Part shown: positions 10,918 through 22,197 of the stretch, piece by piece
Numbering within the stretch: position 1 is the first letter of the stretch
How the letters are laid out: each line of letters opens with the position of its first letter
Origin: an uncultured bacterium
GTDB lineage: Bacteria; Chloroflexota; UBA5177; JANWHV01
Direction of reading: 5' to 3'
NCBI GenBank assembly: GCA_963827235.1
Contig: CAWHAE010000012.1
Coordinates: forward strand, 1,344,001 to 1,408,000
DNA length: 64,000 nucleotides
Made by a program: the position numbers and the translations under genes
The notes under the pieces: model-generated
The model's database searches: none
What the model saw: the letters and a program-made list of their open reading frames with translations, nothing else
Told to the model about the DNA's origin: nothing

Positions 10918-12988
10918 TCATTCTCCCCGCTCAAACACGACCATCGCATGGCCGTAGACTTCAGGCACGGTCACACGCGCGTAGTCTCCGTACATGGTCG
11001 CGGCCAGCGCCGAGCGGCCTGGTGCCAGGTAGGCGGCGCGCGGCCGCCAGCCGGTACGCACCGACACCGTCACGTCGTGCAACGGCAGCACGTCCTCCAC
11101 GAGGTCGAGGTCGGGCGTACGCCGCTGTGGCACGTAGTGCAGCAGGTGGCAGACCAGGCGCTCCGGCGAGTCGCCGTCGGTGCCCGCGGGCTGCCTCAGC
11201 ACGGTAACCTCCGCCGTGGTAGGCAGGTTGGCCCGCACCAGCGGCTCGGGCAGGAGCCGTTGCAGCAAAGCGCCCACGATCTGCCGGTAAACCGGATAGC
11301 CATGGGCCTGGTACGAGTGGAACAGCGGATGCGATAGGTAGGCAACCCGCCCGCGGACGGTGGCGGCGGCGAGGCCGGGCAGCCTGGTCGGGTCGGACGG
11401 CGTCTGCGCATGAGAAGAAAAGTGTGCCCAGGTCCGGGAGAAGTACGGCGAGACGATCTCCGCCAGCACCTCGGTCCCGGCCGCGGCCCGCACCGCGCTG
11501 CCTCGATCGTACAGCGCGTGATCCATCGCCGGGATCGAGCCGGCGAGCGCGCCGATCGGCCGGAAGAACTCCACGTCGTCCCGTCCTGGTGCCCACGTAC
11601 TCGATACCCATCAGGTCCTGCAGCGCGAAGCCGGACCCGTCGGGGCGCAGACCGGATTCATGGCTGAACAGGACGGCACCGCCGGCCGCGATATAGCCGC
11701 GGAGCTTGGCCTCCAGGTCGCCGGCCAGGCGCACGTGATCGGGCGCCACGATCACCCGGTATGGCGAGAAGTCCGCCGCCCTGTCGGTCACCGCCACCTG
11801 AGCGCCCATCTCCAGCAGCATGTGCAGAGCGCCCTCTTCGCTTTCCAGGCCGGCGACACGCGTGCCGGCCCCGGTATCCGCCGGCAGCAGGATCGCCACG
11901 TCCGCCAGGGGGACGGCACCGCGGCACCACGGCTCCTTGGCTTCCACCGAAGCGTAGGTCTTGCCGATGCGCCGGTAGGTTTCCGGCACCTGGGCTCCGC
12001 GCGGATGCAGCTGGTCGCCGATCGAGCACGCGGCGCCGCCGGCCAGGGCCCGGAAGCACTCGTAATCGAGCGCGGCCTGGCTCTTGACCGTGCCGAAATC
12101 GGCCCAGGATCGGTGAAACGCCGCCGTCATACCCAGAATCGGCTTGCCCAGGGTCTGGAAGAAGCGGTTGTAGAGGGCAAAGTGCGTGTAGCCCCAGCCG
12201 CCGGTCGGCAGCGACTCCAGCTCCCAGTGCGTGTAATACGGCGCTTCGGGCCGACTGCCTTCCTCCGGATCGCCGTTCAGGCGCATGCGGGCATTGAAGA
12301 ACAGCGGCAGCCCGGGCCGTTTCTCCCACACCCGGCGGCTGATGCGATCCATGAACCGCCGCTCCGCCGCCAGCGTATAGGCGTGCAACGCGGCGTCATC
12401 CTCCGGATTCACTCCTTCGGCCAGCATGCCGCGCAAGCAGTAGGCGCAGCAGCAGCCCGGCTCCCCGCTCATGACGATGTCGAAGAACAGGCCATCGGCC
12501 GCGTAGCCGGAGAGCACTTCCTCGGCCACAGCCGAGACATGGTCCGCATACGGACTATTCATGCAGAGCCAGTGCCAGCCGTGCTTGGCAAGCGGCCCAA
12601 CGGGGGCTCGGCCCACCGGGGTGCCGTCCCGGTGGACCTGACGCCACTCGGGATGCTCCTCCGCCTGGTGCTCGCTCCACACCACGGTGATGTAGACCGG
12701 CACGTTGATGCCGTACCGGTGGGCGGCCTCAATCTGCTCTCCCAGCAGATCGCGCTTGAGGTGCGGATGCATGAAGCCGACCTTGGTGGGGTAGTAGCTC
12801 ATGCCGTGGTGGCAGGTGGCGAAACAGGTAATCGAATCGATGTGCGCCTCACGCAGCCGGCGCGCCCAGGCATCGGCGTCGAACTCCTCACCCACGGCGG
12901 GAATCAGCGGGGACGTATGGAAATCCAGATGCACCTGGCGGAAGCGAAGACTTGGGCTCTTCGGCTCGAAATCAGCGTGTTCAGACAT
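10918..12988 (-). pseudogene. GH151-like alpha-L-fucosidase with trimerisation domain, frameshift near 11580
   Basis: RQVHLDFHTS, CHHGMSYYPT, ELESLPTGGWGY, GAACSIGDQLHP; C-terminus (HLLHYVPQRR) continues in ORF 10918-11574. Confidence 0.8.
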
Positions 12989-13054
12989 CATGCGCGTTCC
13001 CTTCAGCAAGCTAACGCGAATTGATACTCCAGATGGACGATGCGGGCCGCACGC

Positions 13055-13924
13055 TCATCGGAACGCCACCGCCTCTCTGAAGCGCCGTATGGCGTCGATA
13101 TGCGCCTGCGGTGAGGCGAGCCCCGCCTTCATGGTGACCACGCGCACGTGACCGACGCCCAGGGCGCGCCATGCCTCGACCGACCGTGCCCAGCCGTCTG
13201 GCGTCTGATCGGCGATGTCGATCCCGCCCTCGATGCCCAGCCCAGCAATGTCCCGCCCCGCGGCCAGCGCGTACTGTCGAAATCTCGCTATGGCGGAGCG
13301 GGCCTGCTCGCCCGGCGGCATTTGGGGAAACCAGCCATCGCCTAGCGTGCCGGCCCTCCGTATGGCCGCTTCAGCGCTTCCCCCAATCCAGATGGGGATC
13401 GGCCTCTGTATCGGAAGCGGATTGATTCCGGCAGCCTCGACGTGGTGCCATTTTCCGTGATAGGTGACCGATTCCTGGGTGAAGAGCGCGCGCAGGACCG
13501 CGATCTGTTCCTCACTGCGCCGGCCGCGATTGTGGAAGTCTTCGTTGAGCGCCTGGTACTCGACATCGTTCCAGCCGATACCGATGCCGAGTCGAAAGCG
13601 ACCGCCAGACAGCACGTCGACCGCGGCTGCTTGCTTGGCTACCAGCACCGTCTGCCGCTGCGGCAGGATCAAGATGCCGGTGACAAGCTCTATGCTCTGT
13701 GTCAGCCCGGCCAGGTAGCCGAATAGCACCATGGGCTCGTGGAACAGACTGTGCAGATCGTACGGTCCGCTCCAGTCCGGGCGGGTTCTGGTGTCCGCAC
13801 CCACGACGTGGTCGTACACCTGTAGGTGTGTATACCCGAGATCCTCGGCCGCTTGGGCAAAATCGCGCACCGCGACAGGATCGCTGCCGATCTCGATCTG
13901 AGGAAAGACGACCCCGATACGCAT
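13055..13924 (-). CDS. LLM-class (probably F420-dependent) oxidoreductase
   Basis: YDHV, FHEPMVLFGYLA, AKQAAAVDVLSGGRFRLGIGIGW, PIPIWIGG. Confidence 0.88.
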   Translation of the reverse strand: MRIGVVFPQIEIGSDPVAVRDFAQAAEDLGYTHLQVYDHVVGADTRTRPDWSGPYDLHSLFHEPMVLFGYLAGLTQSIELVTGILILPQRQTVLVAKQAAAVDVLSGGRFRLGIGIGWNDVEYQALNEDFHNRGRRSEEQIAVLRALFTQESVTYHGKWHHVEAAGINPLPIQRPIPIWIGGSAEAAIRRAGTLGDGWFPQMPPGEQARSAIARFRQYALAAGRDIAGLGIEGGIDIADQTPDGWARSVEAWRALGVGHVRVVTMKAGLASPQAHIDAIRRFREAVAFR

Positions 13925-14110
13925 AGTACCCCCCTAGTCTCAGTGGCCAGACGCCTGCCCGGCGGCACTGATGCAGGCGCGACTGCGCGCCTCGCCGGCG
14001 ACACACACTGCGCAGGTCGGTCCAGTTGGCGCGCCCACCGCGCCAGAGCCTTTCCCATCTAGCAGCGGTTGAAGGCATTTCTCGACCACTGCGTCCACCG
14101 TGCTCCGGCT

Positions 14111-14956
14111 CTAGCGCCCACCCAAGCCGCTAATACTGATGCCTTCGACGAGATACCGCTGCAGAAGAATGACCAGAACGATGCCAGGCAACATGGAGAT
14201 CGAGGCCCCGGCCATCATGTAGTTCCATGCCGTGGCGTACTGCCCCTGGTACTGATAAAGCCCCAGCGGAATCGTGGCCATGTCGGGCGTCGTGGTCACA
14301 ATCAAGGGCCACAGGAAGTTGTTCCAATAGCCAATGAAGGTGAACAGCCCCAGCACGCCGAGCGCGGGACTGGAGAGCGGCACCAGGATGCGCACGAGAA
14401 TGCCCCAGCGCGAGCAGCCGTCAATCAGCGCCGCCTCGTCCAGCTCTATCGGCAGGGTGCGATAGTATTGCCGCATCAGGAACGTGCCGAAGGCGGTGAA
14501 GGCCAGGGGCAGGATGAGCGCCTGGTAGGTGTTCACCCAGCCAAACTGCTTCATGATCAGAAAAGCCGGTATCACCAGCACGGCCTGCGGCACTGCCAGT
14601 GTACCCAGGTAGAGCACGAAGATGCTGTCCCGTCCGGGAAACGGCAGGCGCGCGAAGGCGTAAGCGGCCATGCTCGAGGTCGCCAGTACGACGAGCGTGC
14701 CGATAGACGACACCACGAAGTCGTTGAACATGTAGTGCCCGAACGGGAGGTACGTCCAGGCCTGCACGAAGTTGTCCCACATTGCCGTCCAGGGTATGAG
14801 GGATGGCGGCAATTGGAATACCTGCGCATCGGGCTTGATGGCCGTGTCGACCATCCAGAGTAAAGGGAAGAGGAAGAGGCCAATGACCCCGGCCAGCAGC
14901 AGGTGTGATAGCCAGGAGCCGGCCAGCCTCAGCCACGCGGCACGCTTACGACTCAT
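14111..14956 (-). CDS. Carbohydrate ABC transporter permease
   Basis: EAA motif ELDEAALIDGCS; WNNFLWPL. Confidence 0.92.
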   Translation of the reverse strand: MSRKRAAWLRLAGSWLSHLLLAGVIGLFLFPLLWMVDTAIKPDAQVFQLPPSLIPWTAMWDNFVQAWTYLPFGHYMFNDFVVSSIGTLVVLATSSMAAYAFARLPFPGRDSIFVLYLGTLAVPQAVLVIPAFLIMKQFGWVNTYQALILPLAFTAFGTFLMRQYYRTLPIELDEAALIDGCSRWGILVRILVPLSSPALGVLGLFTFIGYWNNFLWPLIVTTTPDMATIPLGLYQYQGQYATAWNYMMAGASISMLPGIVLVILLQRYLVEGISISGLGGR

Positions 14957-15884
14957 AGAAGACCCACTTCCGCTGCAGCGCGAACTGTACCCCGGTGAAG
15001 GTCATGATGATCAGGAACAACGCCCAGGCAATGGCGGACGCGTAGCCCATGCGGAAGTAAGAGAACGCGTTCTCATAGAGGTAGAGCACCATGCTCGTGC
15101 TGGCGATGCCGGGCCCGCCGCCGGACACGATGAACGGCTGATCGAACACCTGTAACGACGTGATGATCGTCAGCACGGCACCAAAGAAGATGGATGGCGA
15201 CAGCAATGGGATCGTGACATGCCAGAAGCGGCTCCAGGAACCGGCGCCGTCGATCGCAGCGGCGTCGTAGTATTGGCCGGGAATTGCCTGCAGCCCGGCC
15301 GAAAACACCAGCATGTTGTAGCCGACGTTCTGCCAAAGCACGACGACGATGATCGCCGGGATCACCCAGGTTGTCGATCCGATCCAGTCTGGCCCGGGGT
15401 TGTGGAAGACCGACTGCCACGCCCAGGCGATCACGCCGATGCGCGGCTGGTACATCAGCACCCACACCAGCGACACGCCTACCATCGGGGTCATCACCGG
15501 CACAAAGAAGAGGATGCGTGCGAGGTTCCTGGCACGCACGAGCGTCGACAGCCACATGGCAATACCCAGCGAGAGAACGATGTTCGCCGGCACGTAGCCT
15601 AGCACAAACAGCAGCGTATTCTTCAGAACCTGGTAGAAGGCCGGGTCGGTCGAGAGCATGTGCCGATAGTTCTGCAGACCGATGAAAGTAGGCGTCGAGA
15701 CCAGCGGCCAGTCGAACAGGCTGAGCACGAGCGAGGCGACAAGCGGCACGCAGGTGAAGAGCAGAAAACCGGTCAGGTTCGGCAGGAGGAATAGCAGCGC
15801 CGCCAGCGAGTCACGTCGCCGCCGCCTCCGGCTAGCCAGGGCTGCCGACAGCTCCGTCGCGTCGGTGCCAGCCACGATATCCAT
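14946..15884 (-). CDS. Carbohydrate ABC transporter permease
   Basis: YYDAAAIDGAGSWSRFWHVTIPLL; FIGLQNY; start inferred at MDIVAG. Confidence 0.92.
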   Translation of the reverse strand: MDIVAGTDATELSAALASRRRRRRDSLAALLFLLPNLTGFLLFTCVPLVASLVLSLFDWPLVSTPTFIGLQNYRHMLSTDPAFYQVLKNTLLFVLGYVPANIVLSLGIAMWLSTLVRARNLARILFFVPVMTPMVGVSLVWVLMYQPRIGVIAWAWQSVFHNPGPDWIGSTTWVIPAIIVVVLWQNVGYNMLVFSAGLQAIPGQYYDAAAIDGAGSWSRFWHVTIPLLSPSIFFGAVLTIITSLQVFDQPFIVSGGGPGIASTSMVLYLYENAFSYFRMGYASAIAWALFLIIMTFTGVQFALQRKWVFYES

Positions 15885-16097
15885 CAGGTACATCCCTTTG
15901 TGTGCCAGCGCTCGGCGGTCGAGTACAGGTGTTCTCTCGCGCACTGGACTCGGGCGCCGGCAGTGGCTACGCTGCCTGCGACGTGTCGCGAGCACGCCGA
16001 TAGCTTGCACTCGAGCGAAGGGCGGCGCGCGCTTCGGCGCAGCGCGCGCCGCCCTTTCTGGGCAGGTCACCGAAAGGACCTGCCGGCTCCCGCCTAC

Positions 16098-17363
16098 TTA
16101 CTGGCTGTTTGCCTGCTGCTGCACGGTCTTGAGGGCGTCGGCAGCCGAGCCGCCGCCATTGACCACTGACGTGCCGTACTGCTGCGTCAGGGTCTCTACC
16201 GCGTTCCAGTTTGGCGTGGTCAAGTACGGCACCGAATGCTGCTGTTGCCAGGAGAGTATCTGCTGGGCGCCCGGCACCGCGTTGGCGTACCAGTACTTCT
16301 GTTGGGCGACGCGAGCCGGAAAGGCCCGACCAACCGTGCCCAGATACTGCTCGGCCGCCGCGCTCGTGAGAACACTGATCGCCTTCCAGGCGTCGTCGGG
16401 ATACTTGGTCGTCTTCGAGATCCCGAAGCCCGACCCGGCCGTCACGCTGATGCTGTTGCCGTTGACGGTCGGTATGGTGGCGATACCCATGGGGAACTTC
16501 ACTGAAGATTTGAGGTTGACCATGTCCCATGGGCCGTCGATGTACATGGCGATGCTGCCGGACTGGAACTGGGCGTAGGTGTAGTTTTCCAAGGGAATCG
16601 ACTGGGCCGGCGAGGCGCCGTACTTATAGTCGAACTCCGCGTACTGCTGGAAGGCCTGCGCCATCTTGGGGTCCGTCAGGTTGAGCTTCCCATCCGCCGT
16701 CATGTAGTGCGCGCCGAGCGTAAGGGCGAACGGCAGCCAGTCGTCGATGGTCGGGTTGGCATTGATACCGTAGATCTGCACGTCCGGGTGGCTCAAGGCC
16801 AGGACGTCCTTATGGAAGGTGGCGTAGTCCCACTTGAACGACGGGTACGGCACCTTGTACTTGTCGAAGATGGCCTTGTTGTAGTAGACCACGAGCGGGC
16901 CGAAGTCGTAGGGCAGTGCGCGCACCGTTCCGCCGTAGCTGAGCGCCTGCACGATGAACGGATCGAACGACTTGAGATCAAAGTTGGCGCTCTTGATGTA
17001 GGAGTTCAGTGGCAGGAAGCTGGCACTGAATCCGGGAGTGCGCTGCATCTGCAAGGAGATAATGTCCTGCAGCCCACCCGTGGCGGCTTCCGCCGGCAGC
17101 TTGGTCCAGTATTGCGCCCATGCGGCGGTCTCGAACTTGACGTGGATCCACGGATAGGTTTTCGTGACCAGATTCGCGTCGTATTGCCAGGCGGCCACTT
17201 CCCCTGGGCTTGCCGACCACATGAACCAGGTCAGGGTCACGGGGGTCTGGGCATTGGTCCGCTGCGCGCGGCTCGGACTGGCGGATACGAGCATGCAGCT
17301 TACCACGCTGACGATTGCTACCAGTGAGAAGACGATACGCTGGGTTCGTCGTCGAACTCTCAT
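16098..17363 (-). CDS. Sugar ABC transporter substrate-binding protein
   Basis: Signal peptide; ALPYDF..VYYNKAIFDK; FQSGSIAMYIDGPW; start inferred at MRVRRR. Confidence 0.9.
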   Translation of the reverse strand: MRVRRRTQRIVFSLVAIVSVVSCMLVSASPSRAQRTNAQTPVTLTWFMWSASPGEVAAWQYDANLVTKTYPWIHVKFETAAWAQYWTKLPAEAATGGLQDIISLQMQRTPGFSASFLPLNSYIKSANFDLKSFDPFIVQALSYGGTVRALPYDFGPLVVYYNKAIFDKYKVPYPSFKWDYATFHKDVLALSHPDVQIYGINANPTIDDWLPFALTLGAHYMTADGKLNLTDPKMAQAFQQYAEFDYKYGASPAQSIPLENYTYAQFQSGSIAMYIDGPWDMVNLKSSVKFPMGIATIPTVNGNSISVTAGSGFGISKTTKYPDDAWKAISVLTSAAAEQYLGTVGRAFPARVAQQKYWYANAVPGAQQILSWQQQHSVPYLTTPNWNAVETLTQQYGTSVVNGGGSAADALKTVQQQANSQ

Positions 17364-17717
17364 GAGTCCTACCTCATCATCTGAAATGCGGGTGTGTGCC
17401 ATTGCGTCGTGAATTCGCCGCTCTGCCTCGGCCCATCCCCTGCTGGTCGTCCGCAAGCCTGGCGGCAACCCGAGGAAACGAGCAACCCCACGGATGCCTG
17501 GCCTGCGTCCCGCGCCCGAAGGCTTGAGCAGACAGACGCGAGCTGAATCCCAGTCCATGGCCGTGTCTATGCCATAGTCCTTCGTGGTCAGGTGCAAGTA
17601 GTGCACGCGGCGCCGGGTGAGCAGGAAGACCGGCGTTGGAGACTGCGGCAATAGCGTGCTATGCTCTGGGTGCTGTCTTGCAGCACTCGATCGGGCAGGA
17701 TCGAGTTACCTCAGGTG

Positions 17718-17746
17718 GGCCGCGCCTTCCTCATGTTGGCGCGGCC
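17718..17746. terminator. 9-bp GC hairpin downstream of lacI-family gene
   Basis: ggccgcgcc-N11-ggcgcggcc; no clear U-tract. Confidence 0.35.
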
Positions 17747-17803
17747 TCTGCTTGCCGTGTGGTATCACCTCCTTCCTCTGTACTGCGCGCCGCTGCAGGC
17801 CTC

Positions 17804-18895
17804 CTAGACAGCCAGCGCGTCATCCGGAAACACATGTGGACGGACAGCGGGACCGCTGCGAATCTGATAGGGCAGAACGATCTCCTGGCGGATATGCGGG
17901 CCGCTCTCCTCGAGGCGCTGTACCAGGCGCCTGGCCGCCGTCACGCCCATCTCGTACGCCGGCTGCACGACACAGGTGATCAGGGGAACTCCCGGCAGCG
18001 AGGACACCTCGTCGAAGGCAGCCAGGCCAAACGTCTCGGGCACGCGCAGTCCACGCTCGTGCAGGGCGCGCAGGGCACCCACGGTAATGGTGTAATTCGC
18101 ACTGAACAGCGCGTCGATCGACGGCATGCGATCGAGGAGGGCGTGGGTGAAGCGATAGCCGGTCTTCTCGTTGTACGTCCCGTGGCACTCCAGCGACGGG
18201 TCATACGGAATGTTCGCGGCGGCGAGCGCGGCGCGATATCCCGTGGCCCGATCGCGTCCCGTCATAGAATCCTCCGGCCCGGAGATGTGACCGATGCGGC
18301 GATATCCCTTGGCGAGAAGATGCTGTACGGCCTCCCGAGCTGCTGCGACGTTGTCGATAACCACGGCATCCGACACCTCGTCCGGCAGACGCTGATCGAC
18401 GCTCACGAGAGGCATCGCATGCTCGTGAAAGAGCTTTACGGACGGGTCGCGACCAGAGCGCGGCACCACGATGGCGCCGGCAACGGGCACGGTGACCATG
18501 AGCTCGATGTACTGGCGGTACTCGCGCACGCCGAGCGGATCTTCCTGAAAGTTGCACAGAATTGGCAGGTAGCCATGCTTCTTCAACGTCGCCTCGGCAC
18601 CGCAGAGGATCTCCATGAAGAACGGGATGCGAATATCGGCGATCAGCAGGCCGACCATCACCGACCGGCCACCGGCGAGTGAGCGCGCGGCGCGATTGGG
18701 CCGGTACTGCAGCGACGCGCAGGCCTCGCGTACCCGTTGTGCCATTCGCGGCTCGACTGTGGCCACCCCGTTGAGCACGCGCGACACCGTGGCGGTCGAG
18801 ACGCCGGCAGTGCGAGCCACGTCCCGTATGGTTGCCGCGTTGCGCGTGACGCCAGCGTCAGACGGTTTCTCAGCCGGCACCTGAGGAATCCTCAT
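17804..18895 (-). CDS. LacI-family transcriptional regulator
   Basis: ATIRDVARTAGVSTATVSRVLN HTH; YRPNRAARSL hinge. Confidence 0.95.
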   Translation of the reverse strand: MRIPQVPAEKPSDAGVTRNAATIRDVARTAGVSTATVSRVLNGVATVEPRMAQRVREACASLQYRPNRAARSLAGGRSVMVGLLIADIRIPFFMEILCGAEATLKKHGYLPILCNFQEDPLGVREYRQYIELMVTVPVAGAIVVPRSGRDPSVKLFHEHAMPLVSVDQRLPDEVSDAVVIDNVAAAREAVQHLLAKGYRRIGHISGPEDSMTGRDRATGYRAALAAANIPYDPSLECHGTYNEKTGYRFTHALLDRMPSIDALFSANYTITVGALRALHERGLRVPETFGLAAFDEVSSLPGVPLITCVVQPAYEMGVTAARRLVQRLEESGPHIRQEIVLPYQIRSGPAVRPHVFPDDALAV

Positions 18896-18915
18896 CCGTT
18901 CTGCTCAGACTGCTT

Positions 18916-18931
18916 GAGTAACCGCTTACTC
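18916..18931. promoter_or_regulatory. LacI-type operator upstream of the regulator and fucosidase cluster
   Basis: GAGTAA-CCGC-TTACTC palindrome with central CG, matching the AANCGNTT LacI operator pattern. Confidence 0.75.
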
Positions 18932-19254
18932 GGAATAGCTGCACTCTAGCACGTCAAAATGCGCGCGTCAAGACCTCTGCCAGGCAAATATCGAGGCTGT
19001 GCCTCATGCCGAATCTTGCCGTCCGGCAATGCATCCGGTCTCGCCGAGCAACCGTTTACTGACGAGAACGGGCTCGTGCGGCTGCCGCGGATGCTCCGCC
19101 TGCGGGCCCTTGTACAAATCCCACTTCTTCTGCTACGACTACCAATGGGCCGCAGTGTCGCGCTGCCGGCATATCCCGCTCCCTCGTCCGCCGGCGCACC
19201 TGAGGCCACATCACGCGCGATCATGCACGCCGCCTAGTCCAGTCGGAGAGTGAG

Positions 19255-20310
19255 ATGGAATATCGTCAACTCGGGCAGTCGGGCCTACGCGTTTCGGTGC
19301 TCTCGCTGGGCACCATGACCTACGGTGGACGGGGCGACTTCGCGAAGACCGGCGCCGTCGACGTCGAGGGCGCTCGCCGCTATCTCGACATGGCTCTCGA
19401 CGCGGGCATCAATCTCGTCGATACCGCCGACATCTATTCCTTCGGACTCTCAGAGGAGATCGTCGGTAAGGTGGTCGCCGGGCAGCGCGATCGCGTTCTG
19501 CTCGCCACGAAGGCCCGCATGCCGATGGGCGAAGGGCCGAACGACGCCGGACTGTCGCGTCACCACCTGATCCGCTCCCTGGAGGCAAGCCTTCGGCGCC
19601 TGGGCACCGATTATGTCGACCTCTATCAGGTCCACGAGTGGGATGGCCATACGCCTCTGACGGAGACCCTGAGCACGCTCGACGCAATGGTGCGGGCGGG
19701 AAAGATCCGCTACATCGGCTGCTCGAACTACGCCGCCTGGCAGCTCGTCAAGGCACTGGGTGTCTCCGACCGGCTCGGCTACCAGCGTTTTGCCAGCCAG
19801 CAGATCTACTACTCGCTGCAGGCCCGCGAAGCCGAGTACGAGCTCATTCCGGCCGGCCTCGACCAGGGTGTCGGCGTGTTGGTCTGGAGCCCGCTCGCCG
19901 GTGGGTTGCTCTCGGGCAAGTATCGTCGCGGCAAGGATACGCCTGAAGGCACCCGCAGACTGGCAGGCTGGGACGAGCCGCCCGTACGCGACGAGAACCA
20001 GCTCTACGACGTGGTCGAGACGCTGGTCGAGATCGCCGAGGGCCGGCATGTCTCACCGGCGCAGATTGCCCTCGCCTGGCTGCTGCGCAAGCCGGGTGTG
20101 AGCTCGCTGGTAGTCGGCGCCCGCACGGAAAAACAGCTTGCCGACAACTTGCAGGCTGCCGACCTGCGGTTGACCGACCAGGAGCAGGGCCGGCTGGATG
20201 CCGCGAGCGCGCCGCCGCTCCTCTATCCGTTCTGGCACCAGGCCGCCACGGCTGCCGATAGGCTGAGCGCGGCCGATCTCACGCTTCTGGCGCCGCACAT
20301 CCATCGCTGA
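19255..20310 (+). CDS. Aldo/keto reductase
   Basis: LGQSGLRVSVLSLGTM, DTADIYS, LATK, SLRRLGTDYVDLYQVH, WSPLAGGLLSGKY. Confidence 0.95.
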   Translation: MEYRQLGQSGLRVSVLSLGTMTYGGRGDFAKTGAVDVEGARRYLDMALDAGINLVDTADIYSFGLSEEIVGKVVAGQRDRVLLATKARMPMGEGPNDAGLSRHHLIRSLEASLRRLGTDYVDLYQVHEWDGHTPLTETLSTLDAMVRAGKIRYIGCSNYAAWQLVKALGVSDRLGYQRFASQQIYYSLQAREAEYELIPAGLDQGVGVLVWSPLAGGLLSGKYRRGKDTPEGTRRLAGWDEPPVRDENQLYDVVETLVEIAEGRHVSPAQIALAWLLRKPGVSSLVVGARTEKQLADNLQAADLRLTDQEQGRLDAASAPPLLYPFWHQAATAADRLSAADLTLLAPHIHR

Positions 20311-20962
20311 GCGCGCACGACAGGCGGCGTGGGACGGCGTGCTACGAATCCGGCAGGAAATCGGCTTCTGCGGTAACCTATAGGTTGTGGAGGCTGAGGA
20401 GCAGTCCCCGGTTCGCGTATCGGCATGAGCCGGGCTGCAGACTCCGAAGGATCGTACGCGTGCAGCACGATTTCACCGGTTTGCAGCTCATACGTGGAGT
20501 TGAGCCAGGCTCGTCCGCCGGCGTCGTCGAGTCCGGGTCACGTGGTGAGCCCGGCGCTGTGCGCACGTTCAAGCGGAGCCCCGACGTCGTCTACGCGGTG
20601 CTCATGCGCTACGTTGCGGGCACTCCGATCGGCTCGGATCCGGCACACGGCCCTGTGAGCGCAGCGCCCATCGATCTGCGCGAGGCCACGCTCGCGCTGC
20701 GGGGCCACGCGCCCACCACCGGCACGGAGACCGGTATGCCGGATGCGGATGCCGCGACCTGGGTTGTCGTCAGCTCGTCGGCGCCGACCGCGATCGTGCT
20801 GGGCACGGCCGGCAAGGATGCGCCCGAGCTGACCGTCCACTGCGAGATCGGGGACGGTGGGCCGGGCACTTCGAGCCTGGCCCTATTCCCGAGATCTCCG
20901 GCGGCAGCCTCTTCGGCCGCGCCGGCAGGAAGCGCAGAGCCGAAGAGCTCTGCCACGAGCTC

Positions 20963-21313
20963 ATGTCAAAAGCAGCCCTGGCTATCATCCGCTATGCCGG
21001 GAGCACGCAGCCACGTTGCTCGCCCCGCGAGTTCACGCGCGCCAGCGCGCTTCTGTTGGCGGGCGGCGCCACGTTCCGGGGTGAGCTGCGCGATATCAGC
21101 GCCGGCGGAGTCTCGGCCACGATCCCGAGGCATGCGCTGGATGCGGACGTGCCGGCACGCATTCCGGGCGCCGGTCCCCCGTTGGGTGGCGAGCTCGGCA
21201 TGAGCGGCACGCTGATCACTCGCCTCAATGGCGCGCACGTCACGATGCCCGTGCGGATCGTCCACGTCTGGCCGGTCGCACACGGCGTGCGCGTCGGCAT
21301 GCAGCTCACCTGA
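20963..21313 (+). CDS. PilZ-domain protein (may be the frameshifted C-terminus of ORF 20385-21203)
   Basis: RxxxR (RCSPR) followed by DxSxxG (DISAGG) and terminal GVRVGMQL. Confidence 0.6.
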   Translation: MSKAALAIIRYAGSTQPRCSPREFTRASALLLAGGATFRGELRDISAGGVSATIPRHALDADVPARIPGAGPPLGGELGMSGTLITRLNGAHVTMPVRIVHVWPVAHGVRVGMQLT

Positions 21314-21659
21314 TCGGGTGAGCGAAAGCCGGTACGGCGCCAACGCTGAGCTTGCCCCGAATCGTAAGGGTGTGGCGCATGCATCCGAGCCGCTGAGCGC
21401 CGGCGGGCGCAATCCGCCACAGACCGTCAGATGGACCCGGCGCACGCCTGGCCGGCGCTGCCCCAAGAGCCCGATCCGGGCCTTGCTCGTCACAGACGTG
21501 CCGTGCGAGGCCGGGGTATGAACCACTTCCTTTGCGCGCCAAACGGGCTCACCAAAAGGTCCAATCCACCGAAGAGGCTAGCCACCATGTGCCGGTGCGC
21601 CTGAGCTCGGAACATGGTATTGTGGCACTAGATGCAGCTAAGCTGAGGATCTAGGTGGA

Positions 21660-22079
21660 ATGGCCGCTCAATATGCTGACGTGTCGAAGCCGACCACGTC
21701 GCAGCGCACGATACTGGTAATTGACGACGACGTCCCGACACTCGAGCTCCTCTCGGCCACATTCACCCTCGAGGGCTACCGCGTTGTCGACGCGATAAAC
21801 GGTCGCGAGGGCCTCAGCCGGATGGTCAGCGACAGGCCGGACATCGTGCTCTGCGATGTGCTCATGCCCGACATCGACGGGCGCGGTTTCTCCGAGGCTC
21901 TCCATGCCCACAACGTGTTTAGGGACACACCTCTCGTGCTGGTGAGCGCAGGGCAGGAAGCCACGGTGGCCAAGGACATCGAGTATACCGCCTTCGTGGA
22001 GAAGCCGTTCTCCATCAGCGCCCTCATCGCGCTGGTGAAGAGCCTGCTGGACGCGCCGAAGCCGCACCAGACAGGCTGA
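21660..22079 (+). CDS. Single-domain response regulator (REC)
   Basis: ILVIDDD, PDIVLCDVLMP, VSA, KPF. Confidence 0.9.
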   Translation: MAAQYADVSKPTTSQRTILVIDDDVPTLELLSATFTLEGYRVVDAINGREGLSRMVSDRPDIVLCDVLMPDIDGRGFSEALHAHNVFRDTPLVLVSAGQEATVAKDIEYTAFVEKPFSISALIALVKSLLDAPKPHQTG

Positions 22080-22197
22080 CCGGGTGGGCGATCCATGTAG
22101 GGCCGCGCACCGGCGGCGCCGCTAGTCCCAAGTCTGCTACCGTGAAATGCGTGGGCTATGTGTCCATAGCAGGAGAAGCAGAGAAGGGATTAAGGTC

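Noticed and set aside
17732-17774. Perfect SD (AAGGAGGTGA, minus strand) suggesting a leader peptide
   Set aside because: Nearest ATG is ~30 nt away and gives only 7 codons
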